Positions 1 through 8,580 of a stretch of DNA of 64,000 bases are shown piece after piece (position 1 is the stretch's first letter; every line of letters starts with the position of its first letter). Below the pieces are notes generated by a model. It saw only the letters and a list, made by a program, of their open reading frames with translations. It was not told where the DNA came from and made no database searches. The DNA lies in assembly GCA_020630095.1 (NCBI GenBank), contig JAHDCD010000005.1, positions 81,358 to 145,357 of the forward strand, in the 5' to 3' direction. Source of the DNA: Rickettsiales bacterium. GTDB taxonomy: Bacteria; Pseudomonadota; Alphaproteobacteria; Rickettsiales; UBA8987. The position numbers and the translations under genes are program-made.

Positions 1-399
1 GCTGAAGAAAATGTTGGTGCATTTATTGATACCGATAGAGGTTCAAAGAAGCTTAAGATTTCAAAGCGTAACGAGTTAGATACTCTGCTTATTTCATGCT
101 ATATTCCTAAAACGGAAAAGGGTGGCAAGTACTTTACTACATTGCCCTATAGAAGGCGTGTTTTAGGTTGTGCGGCATTAGAATTGGCTTACTTAGCTGC
201 GGGTAAAATTGACGGTTTCTATGATGCTGGCTTAAAGCAATGGGATATTGCCGCGGGTTCATGCATTGCGGAGCAGGCTGGTGCAGTAATTAAGAATATT
301 GATGGTACGGATATTACATACCCTGATGGTAATATATTCGGTGCTACGCCTCATGTGGATAAGGAGTTCTCAAAAGATGTTGCAGAGGTTTTTGCATAA
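1..399 (+). CDS. suhB: Inositol monophosphatase family protein, C-terminal part (5' end outside window)
   Basis: Frame 1 is open from base 1. The translated tail contains the IMPase-family WDIAAG motif. Confidence 0.7.
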   Translation, partial: AEENVGAFIDTDRGSKKLKISKRNELDTLLISCYIPKTEKGGKYFTTLPYRRRVLGCAALELAYLAAGKIDGFYDAGLKQWDIAAGSCIAEQAGAVIKNIDGTDITYPDGNIFGATPHVDKEFSKDVAEVFA

Positions 400-1609
400 G
401 ATAGCTTATTTGGCTATGCTATTTCTAGCTACTGATGCAGTGGCTGAAGATGCTATTTATGTTTATGAGGATAATCTTATCGCTCAGGGCAGTTCAGTTG
501 ATGATATTTTAAGAGCACAACAAGCGCAATTAAATAGAAATGCTAGAACAATTCAGCAGAATGACCCCTTCTTTTATGCCCCTACCAATGAAGTTAATGA
601 ACCAGAAGGTGAAGTAATATATGCACCGGGTAGGGATCAAGAATTACAGAACGAGCAGTTACCTAATGAAGTAAGATATAATAACTATAATCCCCCGTCT
701 TTAGATGAAGCTGATGATTATAATGTTCCAGATGGGCGTGCACCAGTAGATCAAGTTATTGGGCAGATTATTAGGCAGGAAATTATAGAAGAGAATCCTC
801 AGTTAGATAGGCCAGCAAATGTAGAGCAGATTACTAGTTCGGATGAAGATACTTCTATTCAATATTATGGTGATGGTCAGGTTGTTGAAGGTTTACCTTG
901 GCAGAACTTGGATAGAGATGTTAGGCCGGATAATTGGCGTAGATATGAAGAGCCTTCTTATGGTAGAAGTTCAATTGAAGAAGAGGATATTTATGAACAA
1001 AATCTAGCTGAGCCTATACAGGTGCAAGATAATGACTCGGTATTTTCTCCCTATGATGAGACTCAATATGGGGATTATACGGGTGAAAAAGATATTAAAG
1101 AATATGGCACTTATGGTGGTGATGGTTCTTATTTCCATTATAATACTGAATATAGTAATCAGGAATTACCAGCAGATGAAAATGTTATAGTTGAAGAAGA
1201 GGATTTAGGGATAGGCTTTAACTCTGCTAACATTGATGTTGAAGAGGAAAGTTTAGGTGGTGATGTGATAGAAGAGGAGAATGCATCTCTTCTTAGAATC
1301 GCGTTTGAAGGTAAATTTTTAGATGATAAATATAAAAGTAATTTAGATCTAATTGCTAACGATATGCTGGCAGATACGTCTAAAACTTTGATTTTACAAA
1401 GCCAAGCAGGTTCAGATGGTGATGAACGTTTTTCAGGTTATAGGCGTGCTAATCAGATAGCTTTAAAGAACGCGCTTAAGGTTAAGAATTATTTAGTTTC
1501 TAAGGGTGTTAGTTCTACCCGCGTTTTTAATAAAATTATCGGAATTGTGCCTTCAAAACTTGAGAAGCAAAGAATCGTCCAAAGCCGTGTTGAGCTTTAT
1601 ATTAACTAG
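377..1609 (+). CDS. Secreted, highly acidic protein with OmpA-like C-terminal domain
   Basis: The ATG at 377 gives a signal-like N-terminus (MLQRFLHKIAYLAMLFLATDAVA). The Asp/Glu-rich middle is followed by a C-terminal segment (RRANQIALKNALKVKNYLVSKGV) resembling OmpA/MotB peptidoglycan-binding domains. The 299 start in the ORF track overlaps suhB and is unlikely. Confidence 0.55.
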   Translation: MLQRFLHKIAYLAMLFLATDAVAEDAIYVYEDNLIAQGSSVDDILRAQQAQLNRNARTIQQNDPFFYAPTNEVNEPEGEVIYAPGRDQELQNEQLPNEVRYNNYNPPSLDEADDYNVPDGRAPVDQVIGQIIRQEIIEENPQLDRPANVEQITSSDEDTSIQYYGDGQVVEGLPWQNLDRDVRPDNWRRYEEPSYGRSSIEEEDIYEQNLAEPIQVQDNDSVFSPYDETQYGDYTGEKDIKEYGTYGGDGSYFHYNTEYSNQELPADENVIVEEEDLGIGFNSANIDVEEESLGGDVIEEENASLLRIAFEGKFLDDKYKSNLDLIANDMLADTSKTLILQSQAGSDGDERFSGYRRANQIALKNALKVKNYLVSKGVSSTRVFNKIIGIVPSKLEKQRIVQSRVELYIN

Positions 1610-2880
1610 GGTCTAGTTTGGCCGTTGCCGTAAACTTTATATTTAAAAGTATTTAGCTGTTCTAAGCCAACTGGGCCACGCGCGTGTAATTTGCCAGTAG
1701 AGATACCAATTTCAGCGCCCATGCCGAACTCGCCACCATCGGCGAATTGAGTAGATGCGTTTAGCATTACTATGGCGCTATCAATTTGGTTTAAGAAATT
1801 TTCTGCCGCTTCGGTATTTTCAGTTACAATACAATCAGTATGGGCAGATGAGTATTTTTGTACCCAAGCTATGCCTTCATCAATGTCATCAACGATTTTT
1901 AGTGAAACTATTGAATCTAGATATTCAGTTCCCCAGTCGTCAGCATTAGCTTTTTGAATGCGGTTATCAATTCTAATTGCTTGATCTTCACCACGGATTT
2001 CAACGTCTTCTAAAGCTTCGCATAAATCTGGAATTATACGTGGGGCGATTGCTTTATCTATTACAATGCTTTCGGTTGCGCCACAAACACCGGTACGGCG
2101 AGTTTTAGCATTTTTAACAATCTCTAGGGCTTTGTTAATGTCCGCATCGGTATGGATATAAGTATGGCAGTTACCATCTAAGTGCTGGATAGTTGGGATA
2201 GAGCTATCCTCCATGATGCGTTTGATTAGGCCTTTACCACCGCGTGGCACTATAAGATCAATATATTGATTTTGGCGAAGCATTATGCCTACGCCTTCTC
2301 TGGCTTGAGAAGGTAGAGCTTGGATTGCTTCTTTAGGTAGGCCAGCTTTTTCTAGGCCATCTTGTAAGCATTGTAGAATTGCTTTTGAAGATAATGCAGA
2401 TTCCGAGCCGCCGCGTAATATTGCGCAATTGCCTGATTTTAGGGCTAATGCGCCAGCATCCGCCGTTACGTTTGGACGGCTTTCGTATATAATGCCAATT
2501 ACACCAATAGGTACAGATACGCGCTTGATATTTAATCCGTTAGGGCGTTTGAATTTTGCTAATTCACGGCCTACAGGGTCTGGTAGTTTAACGATATCTT
2601 CTAAGGCTTTTGCCATAGATTCAAGGCGATCATCGTTTAAAATTAACCTGTCTAGGAATGAGCCTGAAATGCCGTTTTCTTTGGCAATTTGAACATCTTG
2701 TTCGTTAGCATTTATTATTATTGCCGCGTTTTTACGAATAGAATTTGCGGCCTGTTTTAGCGCGTTATTTTTTTGCTCTTCATCAGCATTGGCGATAATT
2801 GAAGCTACTTTTTTAGCGTTAGCTGCAATTTCAATTATTTGCTCTTCAAGTGATAGAATATTTACAGCTGCGTTTGACAT
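1606..2880 (-). CDS. proA: Gamma-glutamyl phosphate reductase
   Basis: 424 aa with full-length family resemblance, e.g. GVIGIIYESRPNVTADAGALALKSGNCAILRGGSE. Confidence 0.93.
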   Translation of the reverse strand: MSNAAVNILSLEEQIIEIAANAKKVASIIANADEEQKNNALKQAANSIRKNAAIIINANEQDVQIAKENGISGSFLDRLILNDDRLESMAKALEDIVKLPDPVGRELAKFKRPNGLNIKRVSVPIGVIGIIYESRPNVTADAGALALKSGNCAILRGGSESALSSKAILQCLQDGLEKAGLPKEAIQALPSQAREGVGIMLRQNQYIDLIVPRGGKGLIKRIMEDSSIPTIQHLDGNCHTYIHTDADINKALEIVKNAKTRRTGVCGATESIVIDKAIAPRIIPDLCEALEDVEIRGEDQAIRIDNRIQKANADDWGTEYLDSIVSLKIVDDIDEGIAWVQKYSSAHTDCIVTENTEAAENFLNQIDSAIVMLNASTQFADGGEFGMGAEIGISTGKLHARGPVGLEQLNTFKYKVYGNGQTRP

Positions 2881-3425
2881 TATAGGGCGTTCTTAACAAG
2901 GTTAAGGCGACCTTTTATTGAAGTGTCGATTAATTCTGAGCCTGCTTTAACAACGAAGCCAGCGATTAATGATTCATCAATTTCAGAAGTGATTTCAACT
3001 TTCTTATCAAATTTCTTTTCTAAGATTTTGATGATATCCTTTTCTTCTGTGGCAGTTAATTTCTTTGCAGAAGTAACAATTGCTTCAACTGTTTTATTAG
3101 CTTCGCGGTATAATTTTTGGAACTCAACAATGATTTCAGATGTTAAGTTTAATCTGCTTTTTTCAGCTAGAAGTTCAAGGAAGTTTGAAGTGATAGTTTG
3201 CTTTTTTGCCTTTGAAGAAAGTTCTTTAACTAAGGCAGACTTTTCTTGTAAGCTAGCTATTTGAGAAGAAAGTGCAGATTTAAGCTCAGCGCTATTTTCG
3301 ATTGCTTCTTGTAAAGTAACTAAATCAGCTAGTACTTTAGCTTCAGATTTAGATTCTTGTGCGGCACCAAGTAATGCACCAGCGTAGCGTTTAGCGATGA
3401 TATTTTTATTAGCTTTCTTACCCAT
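2880..3425 (-). CDS. atpH: F1Fo ATP synthase subunit delta (OSCP)
   Basis: 181 aa. It has an ARRYA-like N-terminus (AKRYAGALL), NFLELLAEKSRL, and a C-terminal LIAGFVVKAGSELIDTSIKGRL typical of AtpH. Confidence 0.85.
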   Translation of the reverse strand: MGKKANKNIIAKRYAGALLGAAQESKSEAKVLADLVTLQEAIENSAELKSALSSQIASLQEKSALVKELSSKAKKQTITSNFLELLAEKSRLNLTSEIIVEFQKLYREANKTVEAIVTSAKKLTATEEKDIIKILEKKFDKKVEITSEIDESLIAGFVVKAGSELIDTSIKGRLNLVKNAL

Positions 3426-3440
3426 GGGTAAGAAGATAGC

Positions 3441-3920
3441 TTAATTTTCGTTTGCCTCAATGATTTTTTTAAGACGTTGCTCAGCTTCAATTAGCGCAAT
3501 TTTAGCATCGCGTATTTCATGTGCGCCAGAGGTATTAATTTCGTTGTTTAATTTACCATGGGCAAGGTTCTGGGCGATATCACGAATTTGGATTAAATGG
3601 CTAACTTGTTTGCGCATGTAACCCCATGCAATTAGAATGAAAATTAAACCAAAACCCACACTCCATACAATGAAGATATATTTTCTATCATGGTGGTAAA
3701 TATTGGCTAAATCTTTTTGTGGAATGGTTATTTCAGTGCCGTTTTGTTTTTCAATGGTCTGAATTGTTCGTTCAACTGAGCGTTCAATGGCGCTTTCAGA
3801 GCGCTCAGTGAATATTATAGCCGATACAATTTGTAAAAGGATAAGCGGTAGGATTAAAATTAAAATGAAACGGCTGGCAAGTTTCTTAGGTTTAATTTTC
3901 TTTAATAAGCGAGCTAGCAT
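3441..3920 (-). CDS. Two-TM membrane protein with HAMP-like C-terminal helix (no kinase domain)
   Basis: There are two hydrophobic segments, followed by an amphipathic helical tail. No catalytic motif was seen. Confidence 0.4.
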   Translation of the reverse strand: MLARLLKKIKPKKLASRFILILILPLILLQIVSAIIFTERSESAIERSVERTIQTIEKQNGTEITIPQKDLANIYHHDRKYIFIVWSVGFGLIFILIAWGYMRKQVSHLIQIRDIAQNLAHGKLNNEINTSGAHEIRDAKIALIEAEQRLKKIIEANEN

Positions 3921-5254
3921 TATTCTATAATTGTTAGCGTACCTTGCTCTGAGATTAGATAAATTTTACCATGGCCTATAACTGGCTCTAGGTGGGTGTT
4001 ATTAATAATATTCATGCGGTTTATATATTCGCCATTTTTAGGGTTATACATATGTAGTTTACCATCAGATGATGTAAGTAGCATGGTTGAGTTTGCAATT
4101 ACAGGGGCTGAAAATTGAGGAACTTTACGTGGGTCAATATTTGCTTTTAATAAAGGTGTTACCCATTTAATTGCACCTGAACTTTTATTAATTGCAGTAA
4201 GTTCTTGGTTGCGGGTAATCATGAATAAATGGTTTGCCATTATCCATGGCGTAGAATGTGCAGAAAGGGTTCTATTCCAGATTTCTTCGCCTGTATTAAC
4301 ATTTAAAGCGTAGAATGAACCTTGATTAGAGCCGGTAAAGACCACATTGCCACTTAATATTGGGCGGGCGGTGATATCTGCTACGTTTAGTAAAGATGAG
4401 TTTTTGAATGAGCGTAGGCTTAAATCTTTATCCCAAATTTCACGGCCGTTACGTTTGTTTAGTGCATGAATTTGGCCGTTAGAATATGTGGTAATAACTT
4501 TATCAGTTGTAACTAAGGGCGGTGGTGAGCCGTAAATTCCGATATTAGTTTTAATGCCTTCGTGTATCCATTTAGTTGTACCATCACGAGCGCTTAGTGC
4601 ATAAGTGTGGTTTTCACGAGTTACGAAGAATACCATGCCAGAATCAATGTTAGGTGCAGATGCAATTGGGACTTCTAACTGTCTTTTCCAGATAACGGCC
4701 TGATTTCTAGCGTCTATAGCGTAAACTCTGCCACGCTTGGTTGTTACATATAAAATGTTGTTTCCATATGCGATATCGCCACCTAAGAAGGGTTGTTTCT
4801 GAAGGCTTTCGCCAAGTATTCCATTTGCAGTTACTTCATTTTGTGGAAGTAGTTTTTGCCATAGTAAGGCGTTTGTATCAGCTGATACAGCGGTTAATTT
4901 ACCCTTAGAAGATAAGGTGAAAACTTTGCCATCACCAAGTACGGGAGCGGAAGTTATTTCACCAGATGCACCGATATTAATTTTGGTTTCATTGTTAAAA
5001 CCACTGAAAGCTACGTTACTAGATGAGCGGTAATTCTGAATAGGAACTTTGTATCTGTAGCTTGGAGAAGTTACGTTGACACCAATAGTTTGTGTTGAAG
5101 CTTCAGGAGCTAGAACATTACCACCACCTAATGCCGATGCGGTACTGTTGGTTTTAAATTCATTATTTTCTACAGGACCAGAGCCAAGTACATCTAAAAC
5201 TGTTTCACAGCTAGATAATGCTAAAATACAGAAAATGTACGACAGTACTCGCAT
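3920..5254 (-). CDS. bamB: PQQ-like beta-propeller lipoprotein, BamB-like outer membrane assembly factor
   Basis: It has a lipobox (LALSSC) and repeated beta-propeller blades. It sits directly downstream of a YfgM-like gene, as in the conserved yfgM-bamB arrangement. Confidence 0.7.
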   Translation of the reverse strand: MRVLSYIFCILALSSCETVLDVLGSGPVENNEFKTNSTASALGGGNVLAPEASTQTIGVNVTSPSYRYKVPIQNYRSSSNVAFSGFNNETKINIGASGEITSAPVLGDGKVFTLSSKGKLTAVSADTNALLWQKLLPQNEVTANGILGESLQKQPFLGGDIAYGNNILYVTTKRGRVYAIDARNQAVIWKRQLEVPIASAPNIDSGMVFFVTRENHTYALSARDGTTKWIHEGIKTNIGIYGSPPPLVTTDKVITTYSNGQIHALNKRNGREIWDKDLSLRSFKNSSLLNVADITARPILSGNVVFTGSNQGSFYALNVNTGEEIWNRTLSAHSTPWIMANHLFMITRNQELTAINKSSGAIKWVTPLLKANIDPRKVPQFSAPVIANSTMLLTSSDGKLHMYNPKNGEYINRMNIINNTHLEPVIGHGKIYLISEQGTLTIIE

Positions 5255-5261
5255 TTGAAAA

Positions 5262-5897
5262 TTAGTTTACTCTGTTAAAGTAGTTTGAAAGCTTAGTTAA
5301 TCTTTTACGAAGAGTAACGGGTAAGGCTTCATCTTTTAATAATTCACCAGTTAACTCGAACGCTTTTTCATTGTTCTTTTTGCTAATGAAGTAATCAATT
5401 TGAAGTTCTTTGGCAGAGTAGTGATAAGTAGCGTTATTATCTGTAGCTTTGCTTAAACGTTCTTGAAGAGTTGAATTGTCAGGGTCAGTGATAATTAATG
5501 CTTTAATGGCCTTAATTTGAGCTAGGTCTTTAATTTTAATATCACCGCTAGAGTTTATAACTTGATCGTAATAGTCAATTGCCTCAGGAATATTTAATTG
5601 AGTGATTTCTCTATCACCTAATTTAATTAAAGCTAAATCGCGGTAGCCAGAATTTGAGTTCTCAACTATTTCTTTTAAATCTTTCTCAGCAGCATTTTCA
5701 TTGAATGAAGTTTGGTAGAATTTAGCACCAACTTTTTGAGCCTGAGTATGAGTATATTGTTGGTAAAACTTAATACCAGCCGCCGCTGCGATTGATAAAA
5801 TACCAATTACAAGAGCGTATAACCCATATTTCTTAAATGTTTTTTCAAACTTTTCTCTGCGAATATCTTCTTGCGTTTCTTTTAAAATGTCTGCCAT
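5262..5897 (-). CDS. YfgM-like N-terminally anchored TPR-like protein
   Basis: It has a single N-terminal TM segment (YGLYALVIGILSIAAAAGIKFY) followed by a helical repeat region. It lies upstream of bamB. Confidence 0.5.
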   Translation of the reverse strand: MADILKETQEDIRREKFEKTFKKYGLYALVIGILSIAAAAGIKFYQQYTHTQAQKVGAKFYQTSFNENAAEKDLKEIVENSNSGYRDLALIKLGDREITQLNIPEAIDYYDQVINSSGDIKIKDLAQIKAIKALIITDPDNSTLQERLSKATDNNATYHYSAKELQIDYFISKKNNEKAFELTGELLKDEALPVTLRKRLTKLSNYFNRVN

Positions 5898-5933
5898 AGT
5901 AGTAATACGTGTTCTTAATCGTAATAATGTTAA

Positions 5934-6506
5934 GTGAAGAATTTAGGGCAAATATCGCTATTGTTAATAGTTTTTTTGAGCTTTAGTGCGCAAGCGGTAG
6001 AGTTATGCAAAAATGGCAAGCTTAGATGTCGTGAATTAATTAAGCATAGCAAGCCTGTTTATGGAGTTTGTATCAAAGAAACTTGTGCTAATTCTAAAAA
6101 GGGTGACTTTAGATGTAAGACAGGTTCTAACTCATGTAAAGGCGCGCGTAATAGCTATAATGCTTGTCTGGAAATTAACTGTGGTGCGCAGAAAGGTTGT
6201 GCCGTTGGTAAGAAAGAGTGTAAGGCTTTAGGCTTGAAATATTGGGATTGTGTTTCACAAGCCTGTTTGGGTTCAATTGATAGATACCTAACTATGGTGG
6301 GCAAAGTTAACAAAAAAGTTGCTCAGAAAAAGATTATAAAACAAAAGGATATAGCTAAACGCACCATTAGAACCAAGCGCGTAGGTGCTAATATTCGTAA
6401 TAATTTACGCTGTAAAAACCCAAGCGATACGTTATTTTGTACATCTACTAATATAGCTTCATGTAAGTGTGGTATTTATGGGAATCTGCCCATTTTTGTT
6501 AAGTAA
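5934..6506 (+). CDS. Secreted cysteine-rich, lysine-rich protein of unknown function
   Basis: GTG start and signal peptide (LLLIVFLSFSAQA). Many Cys residues occur in CK/CR contexts. Confidence 0.5.
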   Translation: MKNLGQISLLLIVFLSFSAQAVELCKNGKLRCRELIKHSKPVYGVCIKETCANSKKGDFRCKTGSNSCKGARNSYNACLEINCGAQKGCAVGKKECKALGLKYWDCVSQACLGSIDRYLTMVGKVNKKVAQKKIIKQKDIAKRTIRTKRVGANIRNNLRCKNPSDTLFCTSTNIASCKCGIYGNLPIFVK

Positions 6507-6542
6507 TTGCAATTCTTTAAATTGGGTTTAGGCTCGATTTTT

Positions 6543-8522
6543 ATGAATTTTGAAGAGTATAAGGATCTATATAATCAATCTATTTCAAACCCTGATGAGT
6601 TTTGGTTAAGTCAAGCAAAGCAAAGGCTTATATGGGATAAAGAGCCATTACAAGCTGGTGAATATTCATTTAAGAAACCTGTTAACATTAAGTGGTTTGA
6701 AGATGGGCAGATGAATATCTGTTATAATGCGGTTGATAGGCATGCTTCAGCGACTCCAGATAAAACTGCTATTATTTGGGAGGGGGATTCACCGGATGTT
6801 GATGCCAAGGTTAGTTATGCGGAGTTGAAAGATGAAGTTTCTAAGTTTGCAAATGCGCTTAAAGAGCTTGGCGTTAAGAAAGGTAATGTTGTTACTATTT
6901 ATATGCCGATGATATTGGAATCTGCCTATGCGATGCTTGCTTGTGCAAGAATTGGTGCAGTTCATTCGGTTGTTTTTGGTGGTTTCTCGCCAGAATCTTT
7001 AAAAGATAGGGTGATTGATTGTGATTCTAAACTAATTATTACCGCAGATGAAGGTAGGCGAGGTGGTAAAAAAGTGCCGTTAATGGCTAATGCACTAGAT
7101 GCTGTTAAAGGCTTGGGTGATGTTGACATATTATGTATTGAGAATACTGGAGAATTAACCCAGATTTGTCATTCCCGCGCAGGCGGGAATCTCATTAGAG
7201 ATTTAAGAGAGATCCCCGATCAAGTCGGAGATGACAAGTCTTATAATATATTTTCTTATGATTCAGTCAAACAAACAGTTTCAAGTGATTGTGATTGCGA
7301 GGTTATGGATTCAGAGGACCCGTTATTTATTTTATATACGTCTGGGTCTACTGGTAAGCCAAAGGGAGTTCTACATTCTACAGCAGGTTATGCGTTATAT
7401 ACTTCGTTAACACATGAAACAGTATTTAATATTCAAAGTGATTCTATTTACTGGTGTACTGCAGATATTGGATGGATTACAGGTCATTCATATATAATTT
7501 ATGGTCCATTAATTAATGGCGCAACTAGTGTTATGTTTGAAGGTGTGCCAACGTATCCAGATGCTTCGCGTTGTTGGGATGTAGTAGATAAGCACAAAAT
7601 TACTGAATTTTATACCGCGCCAACGGCTATTCGCGCGCTTATGGCGGCAGGTGATGAGTTTGTAACTAAAAGTTCTAGAGAGTCTATTAGGGTTCTTGGT
7701 ACTGTGGGTGAACCGATTAATCCTGAAGCGTGGCGTTGGTACAATGAAATTGTGGGTCAGAGCAGGTGTGATATTGTTGATACTTATTGGCAAACAGAAA
7801 CTGGTGGCTTTTTAATTACTCCGCTAGCTGGCGCTACTCCCTTAGATGGCAAAGGCGGTTCTGCCACATTGCCGTTCTTTGGTATTAAGCCTGTTATTGT
7901 TGATAATGAAGGCAATGAATTAGAGGGTGAGGCTGAGGGTAATTTATGTATATCCGCTTCTTGGCCTAGTCAAATGCGTAGCGTTTATAAAGACCATGCA
8001 CGTTTTGAGGATACTTATTTTAGCCAGTTTGCGGGGTATTATTTTACTGGTGATGGTGCAAGGCGCGATGCGGATGGTTATTATTGGATAACTGGCCGTG
8101 TGGATGACGTATTAAATGTTTCGGGTCATAGGCTTGGTACAGCAGAAGTTGAAAGCGCGCTTGTATTGCATGAAGCTGTTGCGGAGGCCGCGGTGGTTGG
8201 TTTTCCGCATGATATAAAAGGGCAGGGCATATATTGTTATGTTCGTTTAATGGGTGGAGTTGGTCGCTCGGAAGAATTGCGTGCGGAGCTTGTTGCACAA
8301 GTTCGTAAGGAAATTGGGGCAATTGCTAAGCCGGATGTAATTAAATTTACACGTGATTTACCAAAAACGCGTTCTGGTAAGATTATGCGTAGAATATTGC
8401 GTAAGATTGCCGAAGGTGAACGTGATATTAATAATTTAGGTAATATATCTACCTTACTTAACCCAGACATTGTTCAAGAGCTCATAGAGGCCGCCTCTGA
8501 GAAAGAAGTCATGGCTTCATAA
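6543..8522 (+). CDS. acs: Acetyl-CoA synthetase (AMP-forming) carrying an in-frame 72-bp palindromic element
   Basis: Full-length match to the Acs family: [63 protein letters not shown]. The ATG at 6543 gives the canonical MNFEEYK N-terminus. Confidence 0.95.
   Translation: MNFEEYKDLYNQSISNPDEFWLSQAKQRLIWDKEPLQAGEYSFKKPVNIKWFEDGQMNICYNAVDRHASATPDKTAIIWEGDSPDVDAKVSYAELKDEVSKFANALKELGVKKGNVVTIYMPMILESAYAMLACARIGAVHSVVFGGFSPESLKDRVIDCDSKLIITADEGRRGGKKVPLMANALDAVKGLGDVDILCIENTGELTQICHSRAGGNLIRDLREIPDQVGDDKSYNIFSYDSVKQTVSSDCDCEVMDSEDPLFILYTSGSTGKPKGVLHSTAGYALYTSLTHETVFNIQSDSIYWCTADIGWITGHSYIIYGPLINGATSVMFEGVPTYPDASRCWDVVDKHKITEFYTAPTAIRALMAAGDEFVTKSSRESIRVLGTVGEPINPEAWRWYNEIVGQSRCDIVDTYWQTETGGFLITPLAGATPLDGKGGSATLPFFGIKPVIVDNEGNELEGEAEGNLCISASWPSQMRSVYKDHARFEDTYFSQFAGYYFTGDGARRDADGYYWITGRVDDVLNVSGHRLGTAEVESALVLHEAVAEAAVVGFPHDIKGQGIYCYVRLMGGVGRSEELRAELVAQVRKEIGAIAKPDVIKFTRDLPKTRSGKIMRRILRKIAEGERDINNLGNISTLLNPDIVQELIEAASEKEVMAS
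7167..7238. repeat. Palindromic element family A, copy 1 (inside acs, in frame)
   Basis: TGTCAT-TCCCGC..GCGGGA-...-TCCCCGATCAAGTCGGAGA-TGACAAG. Near-identical copies lie at 20251-20324 and 27248-27318. Confidence 0.85.
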
Positions 8523-8532
8523 TTTAGGCAAT

Positions 8533-8565
8533 AAAAAAGGCGGTCAATGAACCGCCTTTTTCTTT
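8533..8565. terminator. Bidirectional intrinsic terminator between acs and the autotransporter gene
   Basis: An A-run, the stem GGCGGT/ACCGCC and a T-run lie between convergent genes. Confidence 0.6.
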
Positions 8566-8580
8566 TAATATTTTGGTTTA

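Noticed and set aside
299-376. The ORF-track 5' extension of the OmpA-like protein (MMVRILHTLMVIYSV...).
   Set aside because: It overlaps the 3' end of the IMPase gene in another frame. The internal ATG at 377 gives a proper signal peptide.
7509-8470. Antisense ORFs inside acs (7509-7793, 8044-8322, 8237-8470).
   Set aside because: The same reasoning applies: acs is full-length and conserved on the plus strand.
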